Source: Planctomycetota bacterium
Lineage (GTDB): Bacteria; Planctomycetota; PLA2; JAEUHO01
DNA length: 64,000 nucleotides
Assembly (NCBI GenBank): GCA_050248855.1
Contig: JBFWRP010000003.1
Span: forward strand, 32,001 to 96,000
Direction: 5' to 3'
The first letter of the stretch is position 1, and each line of letters opens with the position of its first letter. This document shows, piece after piece, positions 10,192 to 20,473 of this stretch. Below the pieces are notes generated by a model, which was not told the DNA's origin, searched no databases, and worked only from the letters and a program-made list of their open reading frames with translations. The position numbers and the translations under genes are program-made.

Positions 10192-10595
10192 CCGTACCGC
10201 GTCTCGATGCGCGCGGCACCCCCTCCCACGGAAGCGTGGCTGTCCTGTCCGTGCCCGGAGTTCAGGCACCTTCCATTGCAGGCACCTTGCCCACGTTGCT
10301 GCCTCGGTCAACGGGGCGAGTCTCATATGTGCCTTGCGTTGCCCGTAGAGGGACGACGCTCTTGCTTCCGTTCCGCGCTCCCGCGCGGACTCGGCGCTCG
10401 GGCTACGCCCTCGCGGCAGGGGTGCTAGTCCCTACCACCCCTGCACCCCTCACGGTGCCGCTCCGCGGCAAGGGTCCAGACACATCCGGGGTAGCGACGT
10501 TCGCTGCCCGTCGAACCGCGCCCCCTGCGTGTCAGGCACCTTGCCCACGTCGCGGCTGTGCCGCTCCGCGGCAAGGGTCCAGACACATCCGGGGT
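10192..10595. repeat. Mosaic REP/BIME-like intergenic element, copy 1
   Basis: 10192-10299 matches 15347-15454 (4 mismatches by eye); ~10368-10455 matches the reverse complement of ~15161-15248; 38-bp direct repeat at 10455-10492 and 10558-10595. Confidence 0.85.
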
Positions 10596-10618
10596 CGCAG
10601 GACGTCCTTGCGCCTGGC

Positions 10619-10654
10619 AAAAAGCGAAGCGGCCGGCGTGACCGCCGGCCGCTT
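10619..10654 (-). terminator. Intrinsic terminator of the HEAT-repeat gene
   Basis: Hairpin AAGCGGCCGGCG-tgac-CGCCGGCCGCTT followed on the minus strand by a T run, just after the stop at 10676. Confidence 0.7.
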
Positions 10655-10675
10655 GCAGGTTCGCGAAACGTGTCG

Positions 10676-12724
10676 CTACAGGATCGAGACGATCTCGTTG
10701 CGGCTGTCGTTCATCGCGCGGTAGTTGATGTCCTTGGAGATGCGGTTGAGCGAGGGGATCAGCTCCATGTCGCCGATGACGCCGAGGGCGGCGGTCACGA
10801 TGGCGCGGGTCAGGTCCTTCTCGCGGTCGCTCTTCATGATCTCGACCATCGGCTCGATGGAACGGCCGTCACCGATCTTGGCGATCGCCAGGGCGATCTG
10901 GCCCTTGAGCGACTGCGTGTCGGCGTTCTTGAGCTCGTCGATCAGCATGTCCAGGGCGCCGCGGTCCTTGAGCAGGCCCAGGGCGGTGGCACAGCGGATC
11001 TTGAGCTCTTCCTCGTTGGTCTTCTTCAGGGTCTCGCGAAGCAGCGTGGCTGCCGCCACGTTGGTGCCGGGCGTGGCCATGCCGATCGCAACGGCGGCGT
11101 AGCCCTGCTTCTCCCAGTTCTCCTTGCGGTCCTCGACGACCTTCATGAGGAGCGGGATGCTGCCCTCGTCCTTGGCGATACCGAGGCCGACGGCGAAAGC
11201 CGCCTGGTCGCGAGCGGTCATCTTGCCGCTGTTGACGCCCTCGCGGAGGGTGGTGATCGCCTTGTGGCGGAACTCACCGAACACCTCGACGGTCGGCATG
11301 TCGCCGATCTCGCGAGACACCAAGGCCAGGGCCAAGGCGCCGTAGGGCTTCTCCAGCGGACGGCCGCTGGTGGCCGACGACAGCAGGTACTCGCCGACCT
11401 TCGCCGAGGTGAACGCGTCGGTCTTGCCGGCCTTCACGTCTTCCATGGCGATGTAAGCGAGGCTGATCAACGCGAAGTTGGCCGCCTGCTGGTTCTTGCT
11501 CTTCTTGAGGTAGCCGATGATGCCCTTGGCCAGGTCGGTGCGCTGCTCGCTCGAGATGAGCGGGGCGAGCTTGCCGAGCGCGATGGCGATCGAGCTCTCC
11601 GTGAAGCGGTCCGTGCGGCGGCTGCCGATGGCACGCAGGAGGATATCGACATCCTTGTCGGTGCCGACGCGACCGAGCGCGGCCGCAGCCTCCGAGGGAA
11701 CGATGCCCTTGGCGTCGCCGCGGCCGAGCTTGCCCTTGGTGACGCAGTCACGCAGGACGTTGCGCTGCGGGTCGGTCACCGTGGCAGGGTCCTGCAGGCC
11801 GATGGCCGTGAGGATCGCCGTGGTCACCTCGTCGTTGTAGTCGCGCTCGAGCAGCGAGAACAGGCGCGCCGTGTGCTCGGCGGCCTTGCTGCTGGAGCCG
11901 GAGCCCGAGGGCTGGTCGCCCAGCAGACCCAGGGCGAACGCGGCGAAACAGCGCTCGCGAATCTTGTACTCATCGTCCTCGAGCACCTCGAACAGCGTGC
12001 TGCGCACGCGGTCCAGGTCGCTGCCGGCGAACTGCTCTTCGGGCTTGGCACGACGCAGCAGGCCGAGGGAGAGGGCGGCCGACTCGATGATGATCTGGTC
12101 ACCCTTCTTGTCGAGGCCTTCGCGGAGAAGGTCGATGTGCGTCGGATCCTTCGTCATCTTGGCCAAGCCGATGTAGGCGGCCGACTCGACGTCGTTGTAG
12201 CGGGCGTTCTTCGGATCGCGTGCCCACATCATCGCGGGGATGAGGTGCGACGCGATCTTGGTACGCACGTCGTGCGTCTCGGAGCCCTGGTTGGAGCCGC
12301 TCGAGCCCATGACGGCAAGCGGGTTGTCCGAGCTGATCTTCGAGTACAGGGCGTCCTTCAGGTTCTCGAGCTCGGCGTTGTTGTAGGCGTACCAGAACAC
12401 CCACTGGTCGTAGGACAGGCCGGCGGCCTTGCCGCGCTGCGTGCCGCCCAGGTCACCCGGACCGGTCGTCGGCGGGGGCGGAGCGGTGGGCGGCGGCGTC
12501 GTGGGACCCGTCGGAGCGGGCTTGCCCGGGTCGCTCGGCGACGGAGTCGTCGGCGGGCCGGACGGCGGCGGGGGCGGCGGAGGCGTGGGGTCTTCCGGGG
12601 CGCGCTGGCCCGGGTCGACCGCGCCGCCCGGGGCCTTGAACTGGCCGCCGTGGGCGAGGGCGTCGGGGGCCAGGGCCAGTGCGGCCGCAGCGACCAGGAC
12701 GCCGAAGAGGGCGAGGCGCTTCAT
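10676..12724 (-). CDS. Secreted HEAT-repeat protein with a Pro-rich N-terminal linker
   Basis: Signal peptide MKRLALFGVLVAAAALALAPDALA; Pro/Thr-rich segment; many AALALGxxG HEAT-like repeats. Confidence 0.8.
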   Translation of the reverse strand: MKRLALFGVLVAAAALALAPDALAHGGQFKAPGGAVDPGQRAPEDPTPPPPPPPSGPPTTPSPSDPGKPAPTGPTTPPPTAPPPPTTGPGDLGGTQRGKAAGLSYDQWVFWYAYNNAELENLKDALYSKISSDNPLAVMGSSGSNQGSETHDVRTKIASHLIPAMMWARDPKNARYNDVESAAYIGLAKMTKDPTHIDLLREGLDKKGDQIIIESAALSLGLLRRAKPEEQFAGSDLDRVRSTLFEVLEDDEYKIRERCFAAFALGLLGDQPSGSGSSSKAAEHTARLFSLLERDYNDEVTTAILTAIGLQDPATVTDPQRNVLRDCVTKGKLGRGDAKGIVPSEAAAALGRVGTDKDVDILLRAIGSRRTDRFTESSIAIALGKLAPLISSEQRTDLAKGIIGYLKKSKNQQAANFALISLAYIAMEDVKAGKTDAFTSAKVGEYLLSSATSGRPLEKPYGALALALVSREIGDMPTVEVFGEFRHKAITTLREGVNSGKMTARDQAAFAVGLGIAKDEGSIPLLMKVVEDRKENWEKQGYAAVAIGMATPGTNVAAATLLRETLKKTNEEELKIRCATALGLLKDRGALDMLIDELKNADTQSLKGQIALAIAKIGDGRSIEPMVEIMKSDREKDLTRAIVTAALGVIGDMELIPSLNRISKDINYRAMNDSRNEIVSIL

Positions 12725-13147
12725 CGTGTGTCTCTCCAAACCAGGGAAAAGGCAGCTCGTGGACGTCAGGGGGCGGGGTGCCTCGGTCGTGACGACGCCG
12801 GGGGCGCGAGAGGCCCCGCGGACGGTGCCGCACGAACGGCGCACCACGCTACCCGCCCGATCATGCACAGGGGGTGCCCGGACCGGGCGCGACCGGCGTG
12901 GGACCGTGTCGCCAAGGAGTCATCGATGCACAACATACTGCAATGAAAGGACTTGCGTGTCAAGTTGGGGGCTCCCGGAGCCCCCTGCGCCGCGACCGAG
13001 CGGGGGGGTACGCGTAACCCTCGGGTAGCGCCGTCGGGGCGAGGGAACGTTCCCCGTGTTTGCAAGCGCGCCGGACGCCACGCCGACCGATTCCTTCCGG
13101 GTCGCTGGCGGGCCTCTAGAAATGGGCCGCCCAGGAGGGTCCTGTCC

Positions 13148-15139
13148 ATGTACGCCGCGCTGCAGACGCCGGACGGTTGGATCGAGCATGCCGAGCCCGT
13201 GGGCGGCGACGGGTCTTCCCGCTTCCGCATCCAGGTGGCGGTGCCCGTCCCCGACGCACTCGTCGGCTGGTTCGACGGGCGACTCGACGAGGTCGTCTTC
13301 GCTGCGCGCAGTCGCTTGGCGCGACTCGGCATCAGCGTCCAGCCGACGTGCAAGGCGAAGCTCGCCGGCGACCAAGCCACGTTCGAAGCCCTCGTCCAGC
13401 CCACCGTCAAGGCGTACGACGTCGCGCGCTTCCTCCCCGAGCTGCTGGTGCCGGGCCTGCGCGTCGGGCGCTTCGTGGTGTGCCCGCGCGAGCGCCGGCT
13501 GACGAGCGAGCAAGTCGACGAGCTCGTGCAAGCGCACCAGATCCAGCTGCCGCGCAGCTACTCGATCGACGGCGACGGCCGGTTCCGCATCCGGCCGCAG
13601 GGCTGGGTCTACGAGATGGCCTCCCCCCTGACGCTGGAGACCCTGCGCACGATCCTCATGCGCGAAGGCGGCAAGGACGTCCTCAACCGGCTGCAGGTCC
13701 GACGGCCTGTTCGCCGCATCGCCCTGGAAGCGGGCGACGGCGTGATCACCTCGTGCAGCATGTTCCTGCATCGCCACTACGTGGTGCTCGAGAGCCAGCC
13801 GACCGATCTCGGCCAGCACCTCGAAGCCGTCGTGCTGGACCCCATCAGCACGCGCGGCATGGACGTCTACCTCGAGTTCCACAACCGAGGCGAGCGTCGC
13901 ATCGTCAATCCGACGGTGGCGGCCTCCGTCTACGAGGCGGTCGAAACGCGAGCCGCTCCGCGCCTCTGGCACATGGGCCTCGAGCTGCCTCCGGCGACGG
14001 CCAAGGGGACTTCCGGGGAGGAGCGCTCCTACGAAGCGCTGGCCCGCGTGTTCAACCGTCTGGAAGAGCACGCCCTGGAGGAGCGCTACTCGCACCGCCT
14101 CGTCGCGCTCGTGGAAGACATGCAGGCCGTCGTGGACGGAGCCGAGCCGCGTTGGACGTGGTGCCATCCCGAGGGGGGGCCAGCGCCTCGGTCGGGCACC
14201 GACATCTCCTCGCGCGTGTCCGAGGGCGTGGTCGAGGCGCCGTGGCGCGTGCCGTTCGGTACCGCCATGCTCAAGGACCTGCCCACGGGGCTGGGGGGCA
14301 CCCTTCTGCTCGGCTACTTCCCGAACCTCATCGAGCATGCGCACATCTGCGCCGCGGCGCTCGATCGCAAGATCAAGCGCATCATCTTCCGCCGCGCGTC
14401 CTTCGAGCACGGGCCGTTCTTCTCGGCGCGCGACCACGGGCGCCTGGCCGACTACGAAGGCCTCGGCGTGGAGGTGTTCTGGTGCAATGACGTGCGCCGC
14501 CACGTCGTCCAGCACGTCTTCCGTGGGCTTCGCGGCTACTTCACCGAGGCCGACAAGGTCGAGCGCTTCCGGAGCGCACTCATCTTCGCCGCCTACGGCT
14601 CGTCACGCCTGCTGCCGCCCGATCAAGTCGAGCGCATGAAGAACCTGATCGTGCGGTTGGCCGAGTTCTTCGGTCCCGATATCGCGTTCATGACGGGCGG
14701 CGGGCCCGGCGCCATGCAGCAGGTGACCGACATCGCGCAGGAGCGCGGGATCATCGTGGGCGCGAGCTACATCGAGATCGAGGACCAGGGCACCAACAGG
14801 ACCTCGGACTTCTACCAGACCTTCCAGGGACGCAGCCGGCAGTCGAGGCAGCGCTGGTTCGAGATCGCCTCGTTCCACCTGTTCTTCATGGGCGGCGTGG
14901 GCACCCTGGAAGAGGTGGGCCTCACCTTGACCGACATGAAGCTGGGCGTCATCGAGCGCTCGCCCGTCGTGTTCTTCGGTCGCCACGAAGGCAAGCCCTA
15001 CTGGCGCCACCAGATCAAGCAGTTCCGCCAGATGGTGGAGGCCGGGCGCGCACCCTCGTGGCTCGACACGCACGTGCTGCTCACCGACGAGCCCGAGCAC
15101 GTCCTGCCCTTCTACAAGCAGCTGCTCGAGCTCGGGTAG
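13148..15139 (+). CDS. Large LOG-family (nucleotide monophosphate nucleosidase-like) protein with an extended N-terminal region
   Basis: AYGSS, MTGGGPGAM and MGGVGTLEE LOG motifs in the C-terminal ~190 aa; AGGAGG RBS upstream of the ATG at 13148. Confidence 0.8.
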   Translation: MYAALQTPDGWIEHAEPVGGDGSSRFRIQVAVPVPDALVGWFDGRLDEVVFAARSRLARLGISVQPTCKAKLAGDQATFEALVQPTVKAYDVARFLPELLVPGLRVGRFVVCPRERRLTSEQVDELVQAHQIQLPRSYSIDGDGRFRIRPQGWVYEMASPLTLETLRTILMREGGKDVLNRLQVRRPVRRIALEAGDGVITSCSMFLHRHYVVLESQPTDLGQHLEAVVLDPISTRGMDVYLEFHNRGERRIVNPTVAASVYEAVETRAAPRLWHMGLELPPATAKGTSGEERSYEALARVFNRLEEHALEERYSHRLVALVEDMQAVVDGAEPRWTWCHPEGGPAPRSGTDISSRVSEGVVEAPWRVPFGTAMLKDLPTGLGGTLLLGYFPNLIEHAHICAAALDRKIKRIIFRRASFEHGPFFSARDHGRLADYEGLGVEVFWCNDVRRHVVQHVFRGLRGYFTEADKVERFRSALIFAAYGSSRLLPPDQVERMKNLIVRLAEFFGPDIAFMTGGGPGAMQQVTDIAQERGIIVGASYIEIEDQGTNRTSDFYQTFQGRSRQSRQRWFEIASFHLFFMGGVGTLEEVGLTLTDMKLGVIERSPVVFFGRHEGKPYWRHQIKQFRQMVEAGRAPSWLDTHVLLTDEPEHVLPFYKQLLELG

Positions 15140-15149
15140 CCGCGCGGAG

Positions 15150-15495
15150 GTGTCTGAACCCCGTGAGGGGTGCAGGGGGGGGGACGGAACAGCCCCCTGC
15201 TGCGCAGGCGGAGCCGGAGCACCGAGTCCGCGCGGGAGCGCGGAACGAAAGCCCGTACGGAGGCGGGGAATTCTTCCGCAACTTGCCGATGGGCACTTCC
15301 GCATGCCGAAGCGCAGGGCGGCAAGTTGCGGAAGAAATCCCCGCCTCCGTACCGCGTCGCGATGCGCGCGGCACCCCCTTCCATGGAAGCGTGGCTGTCC
15401 TGTCCGAGCCCGGAGTTCAGGCACCTTCCATTGCAGGCACCTTGCCCACGTTGCCGCTGTGCGGCGCCGCGGCAAGGGGCCAGACACATCCGGGG
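15150..15495. repeat. Mosaic REP/BIME-like intergenic element, copy 2, including a 34-bp inverted repeat
   Basis: Arms 15255-15288 and 15319-15352 (1 mismatch, 30-nt loop); shares modules with 10192-10595 and 23067-23158. Confidence 0.85.
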
Positions 15496-15498
15496 CCG

Positions 15499-17328
15499 CT
15501 ACGACGAGCGGGCGCGCTCCATGCGGGCCTGGCGGCGGCGGTCGGTCTCCTTGAGCATGCGCTTGCGCAGGCGCAGGCTCTTCGGAGTGACCTCGAGCAG
15601 CTCGTCGTCGGCCAGGAACTCGAGGCTCTCCTCGACGCCCTTGCGGATGGGCGGCGGGTAGTCGGACTTCTCGTCGCTGCCCGACGCGCGCATGTTCGTG
15701 AGCGCCTTGCGCCGACAGGGGTTGACGAGGACGTCTTCCTCGCGGCGATGCTCGCCGGTGATCTGGCCCTCGTAGACGGCCTCACCGGCGTCCACGAAGA
15801 ACGTGCCACGATCGACCAGTGCATTCAGGGCGTACGCGGTGACCTGCCCGGTCTCGCTGGCCACTTGGCTGCCCGTCTTGCGTCGCGGGAGGTCGCCCCG
15901 CCACGTGTCGTAGCGCGCGAACACGCTCGAGAGCACGGCCTCGCCGCGCGTGGCCGACAGCATGCGGCTACGCAGGCCGATCAGGCCGCGCGAGGGCGCC
16001 TCGAAGGTGAGGAACGCCAAGTCGCCTTGCGTCTTCATGTCGAGCAGCTCGCCGCGACGGCGCCCGAGCATCTCGATGACGCGTCCGGCGTCGTCCGGCG
16101 GGACCTCGACGTGTACGGTCTCGATGGGCTCGAGCAGACCGTCCTCGGTCTCCTTCAAGAGCACGCGGGGACGGCCCACGGAGAACTCGTAGCCCTCGCG
16201 ACGCAGCGTCTCGATGAGGATCCCGAGGTGGAGGATGCCGCGTCCGCGCACCTCGAAGCTGTCCGACTCGTTGCCCGTGCCCAGCTGCAGCGCCACGTCT
16301 TCCTGGGCTGCCCGTTCGAGCCGCGCGCGCAAGTGGCGCGACGTGACGTACTCGCCCTCCGTGCCGGCGGTGGGGGAGTCGTTGACGCGGAACTCCATCG
16401 CCAGCGTGGGGGCTTCGATGGTCATCTGCCACGGCTCGACCGGGCGCAGCGGGTCGGTGATCGTGTCGCCGATCTCGACGCCCTCCAGGCCCGAGATGGC
16501 CACGATGTCGCCCGTGGAGGCGCCGTCCACGGGCACGCGCTGCATGCCCTGGTACGCGAACAGCTTGACGCCGCCCTGCGAGCGCTTGGTGCCGTCGCGC
16601 TTCAGCGCCATGAGGTTGTCGCCCTCCCTGACGATGCCCGTCTCGAGGCGGCCGACGGCGATGCGGCCCGCGAAGCGATCCACGATGACGTCGCAGATGG
16701 GCAGACCCATCGCGCCCTCCGTGTCGGCCTTGGGCGCCGGCACGTGCTGCACGATGGCGTCGAGCACGGGAGCGAGGTTGGGCTGCAGGGCGTCGGGCGA
16801 GGGACCCGCCACGCCCGAGCGCCCCGAGGCGTAGACCACGGGGAAGTGCAGCTCGTCCTCGTCCGCGCCAAGGTCGATGAACAGGTCGTAGACCAGGTCG
16901 AGCACCTGGCCCGGACGCGCGTCGCGACGGTCGACCTTGTTGATGATCACGATGGGCTTCAGCCCCGCCTCGCGCGCCTTGCGCAGCACGAAGCGCGTCT
17001 GGGGCAGCGGGCCCTCGTAGGCGTCGACCAGCAGCAGCACGCCGTCGGCCATGCGCAGCACGCGCTCGACCTCGCCACCGAAGTCGGCGTGCCCGGGCGT
17101 GTCGATGAGGTTGATCTTGATGTCGCCGTACTGGATGGCGCAGCACTTGGAGAAGATCGTGATGCCGCGCTCGCCTTCGAGCGCGTTGCTGTCCATGACC
17201 AGCTTCTCGTCCTCGGGCAGCGCCGCGAGCGCGCCGGCCGTGAGCAGCAGGCGGTCCACGAGGGTCGTCTTGCCGTGGTCGACGTGGGCGACGACGGCGA
17301 CGTTGCGGATCGAGGCGGAGGGGTGCAT
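15499..17328 (-). CDS. typA: Translational GTPase TypA/BipA
   Basis: RNVAVVAHVDHGKTTLVD, INLIDTPGHADFGGEVER, GRGILHL and LEVTPKSLRLRK. Confidence 0.97.
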   Translation of the reverse strand: MHPSASIRNVAVVAHVDHGKTTLVDRLLLTAGALAALPEDEKLVMDSNALEGERGITIFSKCCAIQYGDIKINLIDTPGHADFGGEVERVLRMADGVLLLVDAYEGPLPQTRFVLRKAREAGLKPIVIINKVDRRDARPGQVLDLVYDLFIDLGADEDELHFPVVYASGRSGVAGPSPDALQPNLAPVLDAIVQHVPAPKADTEGAMGLPICDVIVDRFAGRIAVGRLETGIVREGDNLMALKRDGTKRSQGGVKLFAYQGMQRVPVDGASTGDIVAISGLEGVEIGDTITDPLRPVEPWQMTIEAPTLAMEFRVNDSPTAGTEGEYVTSRHLRARLERAAQEDVALQLGTGNESDSFEVRGRGILHLGILIETLRREGYEFSVGRPRVLLKETEDGLLEPIETVHVEVPPDDAGRVIEMLGRRRGELLDMKTQGDLAFLTFEAPSRGLIGLRSRMLSATRGEAVLSSVFARYDTWRGDLPRRKTGSQVASETGQVTAYALNALVDRGTFFVDAGEAVYEGQITGEHRREEDVLVNPCRRKALTNMRASGSDEKSDYPPPIRKGVEESLEFLADDELLEVTPKSLRLRKRMLKETDRRRQARMERARSS

Positions 17329-17502
17329 GGCGGTGGGGCCCGTGGGGAGGGTGAAACCCCCGAGGGTACCGCTGCCCCGTCCGCCTGCCGCACTCCCGCG
17401 CACGGTCCCGGTCGGGGTCGAGCCCCTTTCCAGGCCCTTCACCGCCGATTCCCCGAGGACGGGAGGCGTGACCCGCCGCCGCGTCCCCCGTACCGTCCCC
17501 CC

Positions 17503-18936
17503 ATGCGTCTCGTCCGCACCAAGATCATCGCCACGGTCGGTCCCGCCTCACGGGACCTCGAGATCCTCACGGAGCTGATCCGGGAGGGTGTCGACGTCTT
17601 CCGGGTGAACGCGGCCCACACCCCGGCCGAGGAGCTGGCCCCGTGGGTGCGGCGGATCCGTCGTGCCGCCCGCGTGGCCGGTCGCACGGTAGCCACGCTG
17701 GTCGACCTGCCGGGCACCAAGGTGCGCGTCGGGTCGCTCGGCAGTGTCGGCGGCATCGAGCTCGTCGAGGGCCAGCGCGTGGAGATCGTCCGGGGCACGT
17801 CCGGTGGCAGCGCGCGGCGCATCCCCGTGTCGCCCATGCCGTGGCTCGACCATCTGGCCCGCGGCGCGCGTGTGCTGCTGGCCGACGGCCAGATCGAGCT
17901 GGCCGTCGTGGGGTCCACCGACGACGGCGTGAACGCCGAGGTCGTCCAGGGCGGCCGCCTCCTGGCGGGCAAGGGCGCCGACTTCCCGGGCGCCCGCCTG
18001 CCCACCCGCGTGCCCACGGCCCGCGACGTCAAGCTGCTCGAGGCCGCGTTCGCGGCCGACGCCGACGCCATCGCACTGTCGTTCGTCCGCAACGGCAAGG
18101 ACGTCGAGCGCGCGCGCAAGCACCTCGGGCGCCTGGGCAACCGCGACTTCGACATCGTCAGCAAGATCGAGCGCGAGGACGCCGTCGAGGACTTGGACGA
18201 CATCCTGGTGCGCTCCAACCAGGCCATCGTCGCCCGTGGCGACCTGGGCGTGGACGTGGGCCCCGAGCGCGTGCCTTCCCTCCAGCGGCAGATCCTGGAC
18301 GCGTGTCGTCGCCACGGCCGCCCCGGCTACATCGCGACCGAGATGCTCGAGACCATGATCGAGCGCTCGCGGCCGACGCGCGCGGAGGCCAGCGACGTCG
18401 CGGGCTCGGTGTTCGAGGGCGCCGACGGCGTGATGCTGTCCGCGGAGACGGCCGTGGGCAAGCACCCCGTGCTGGCCGTGCGCACCATGGACCGCATCCT
18501 CGCCGCGGCGGAGGCCGACCCCAGCGCGCCCTACGCGCTCGAGCCCGGCTTCGTACCGCCCGACGCCACGGTCCACCGCCGCGACCAGCACGTCGTGCGG
18601 GCCGCCGTGGTGCTCGCCTCGCAGGTCAAGGCCGCTGCCATCGTCGTGTTCACGCGCGAAGGGGCCTCGGCGCTGCGGATGTCCAAGGAGCGCCCGCGCG
18701 CCCCGATCCTCGCCTACGCGCCCTACCCCCACATCGTGCGACGCGTGGCGCTCGCCTGGGGCGTGCGCCCGCGCCGCCTGCCGACGGGCAGCAACACCGA
18801 CGCCCGCGTCGAAGCCGTCGCCAAGCGGCTGCGTGACGAAGAGGGCCTGCCCCCCGGCTCGGCCGTCGTCCTCGTGATGGGCGGCGCCACCGACCCCGTC
18901 GGCACCACCACCATGATCAAGCTGCTGCGGCTTTGA
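17503..18936 (+). CDS. pyk: Pyruvate kinase
   Basis: RTKIIATVGPAS, KIE, ARGDLG, PTRAEASDV and DGVMLSAETAVG. Confidence 0.95.
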   Translation: MRLVRTKIIATVGPASRDLEILTELIREGVDVFRVNAAHTPAEELAPWVRRIRRAARVAGRTVATLVDLPGTKVRVGSLGSVGGIELVEGQRVEIVRGTSGGSARRIPVSPMPWLDHLARGARVLLADGQIELAVVGSTDDGVNAEVVQGGRLLAGKGADFPGARLPTRVPTARDVKLLEAAFAADADAIALSFVRNGKDVERARKHLGRLGNRDFDIVSKIEREDAVEDLDDILVRSNQAIVARGDLGVDVGPERVPSLQRQILDACRRHGRPGYIATEMLETMIERSRPTRAEASDVAGSVFEGADGVMLSAETAVGKHPVLAVRTMDRILAAAEADPSAPYALEPGFVPPDATVHRRDQHVVRAAVVLASQVKAAAIVVFTREGASALRMSKERPRAPILAYAPYPHIVRRVALAWGVRPRRLPTGSNTDARVEAVAKRLRDEEGLPPGSAVVLVMGGATDPVGTTTMIKLLRL

Positions 18937-18946
18937 CGCAGCGCCG

Positions 18947-20473
18947 TCAGGCGGGCGTTGTCGGGACCTCGCCCTTGCCCAGCTTCCGTTTCACCCAGGC
19001 GAAGAGCTTCTTGAAGGCTTGGCCGTGGCCGTCGTCGTGGGGGGACTCGGGCAGGCCCTCGACTTCGTGGAGGTAGAAGCGGAAGCAGGACTGGACGATG
19101 CTCGCGGTGGGGACGGCCAGCAGCGCGCCCCAGACGCCGAAGTAGTGTTCGCCCGCGAGCAGCGCGAAGATGATGATCACGGGGTGCATGCGGGCGTGGC
19201 TGCCCATGATGAGCGGGTTCAGGAGGTTGCCCTCGATGACGTGGATCACGATGATCCACACGAGCGAGAGGACGCCCTTCTCGATGCTGTCCGTGCTGGC
19301 GATCACCACGATGGGGATTGACGACAAGATCGTGCCGAAGATCGGGATCAGGCTGAGCACGGCGGCAAGCAAGCCGAGCCACGTGGCGCCCTTGACGCCC
19401 AGCAACAACAGGCCGAGCCACGTGAGCACGCCGTTGACGAGGCAGATCATGAGCTGGCCGCGGATGACGCCAGCCAGGCCGTCGTCGACGTAGCGCATGA
19501 GCTTGCCGTAGCCGGGCTTGTAGGGATCGGGCGGCAGGCTGGCGAAGAACGTGCCGATGGCCTTGCGGTCCATCACGAGGAACGCCGTGATCATCAGGAT
19601 CAGGAAGAACTGGTACACGGACAGCACGAGCTTGCCCGCCAGGCCCAAGGCGCCCTTGGTGACGCGGTCGGGCAGGTCCTCGGACAGGGCCTGCGCCTTC
19701 ACGGCCACGAACTCGCGCAGGCTCGTGGGCTCGATGTCGATGCCGCGTGCGGCGAGGTTGCGCACCACCGGTCCGATGATGTGCCGCTCGAAGGCCAGCT
19801 CGGAGCCGGGCGGGTCGATGCCCGCCGCCACGCCCACGGCGGGCGCCTCGGCCTCGTCCGAGCCCAGCGGCTTGATCGCGGTGGGGTCTGCGACGTGGAG
19901 CACCGCGTCCTTCTCGGGTCGGGGCGCCCCCTGCGGGGCCTCGACGATCTCGAGCAGCGCCTCCACGCGCTTGGCATCCGGCTCGATGCGGGCCTCGTGC
20001 AGCGTCTTCCACGTGATGGCCCGTCCTGCGGGCCCGCTCGTCAGCACGGTGCCGACGGGAATCACGAGGGCGTGGTGGGGGCCGTCCAGCGGACGTTCCA
20101 AGGTGAAGACGGCCCGGCCGCCTTCCTCGCGGAGGGCCTCGGAGACGTCGGATGCCGCGGAGCGGACGGTCGTGGCCAGCTTGACCACGGCCTTCCACCC
20201 GGCGAAGGCCAAGGTCCCCACGAGGAGGCCGTAGAGGACGACCACGATGGGCCCGCGTCCCCAGTCGATGCCGAACAGCTTGCGCTGCTTGACCCAGCGC
20301 ACGATGGGCTCGATCAGGTACGCCAGGAAGATGGCCATCAAGAACGGGAACAGCACCTCGTGGAACAGCGCGAGGAGCGCCAGGTACACGGCCAGGAACC
20401 CCAGCAAGATGCGCACGTTGGGCTTGCGGGGACCCGGCAGGGCCGGAGGCGGCGTGGACGACGAAGCGGTCAT
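18947..20473 (-). CDS. AI-2E family transporter with a large soluble insertion
   Basis: PFLMAIFLAYLIEP, IRGQL, LIPIFG, EGNLLNPLIMG, MHP and GVWGALLAVP motifs. Confidence 0.9.
   Translation of the reverse strand: MTASSSTPPPALPGPRKPNVRILLGFLAVYLALLALFHEVLFPFLMAIFLAYLIEPIVRWVKQRKLFGIDWGRGPIVVVLYGLLVGTLAFAGWKAVVKLATTVRSAASDVSEALREEGGRAVFTLERPLDGPHHALVIPVGTVLTSGPAGRAITWKTLHEARIEPDAKRVEALLEIVEAPQGAPRPEKDAVLHVADPTAIKPLGSDEAEAPAVGVAAGIDPPGSELAFERHIIGPVVRNLAARGIDIEPTSLREFVAVKAQALSEDLPDRVTKGALGLAGKLVLSVYQFFLILMITAFLVMDRKAIGTFFASLPPDPYKPGYGKLMRYVDDGLAGVIRGQLMICLVNGVLTWLGLLLLGVKGATWLGLLAAVLSLIPIFGTILSSIPIVVIASTDSIEKGVLSLVWIIVIHVIEGNLLNPLIMGSHARMHPVIIIFALLAGEHYFGVWGALLAVPTASIVQSCFRFYLHEVEGLPESPHDDGHGQAFKKLFAWVKRKLGKGEVPTTPA

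Noticed and set aside
10060..10600. Diversity-generating retroelement targeting the FGE domain C-terminus
   Set aside because: No template repeat differing at adenines and no reverse transcriptase seen; the downstream repeats do not resemble the gene end
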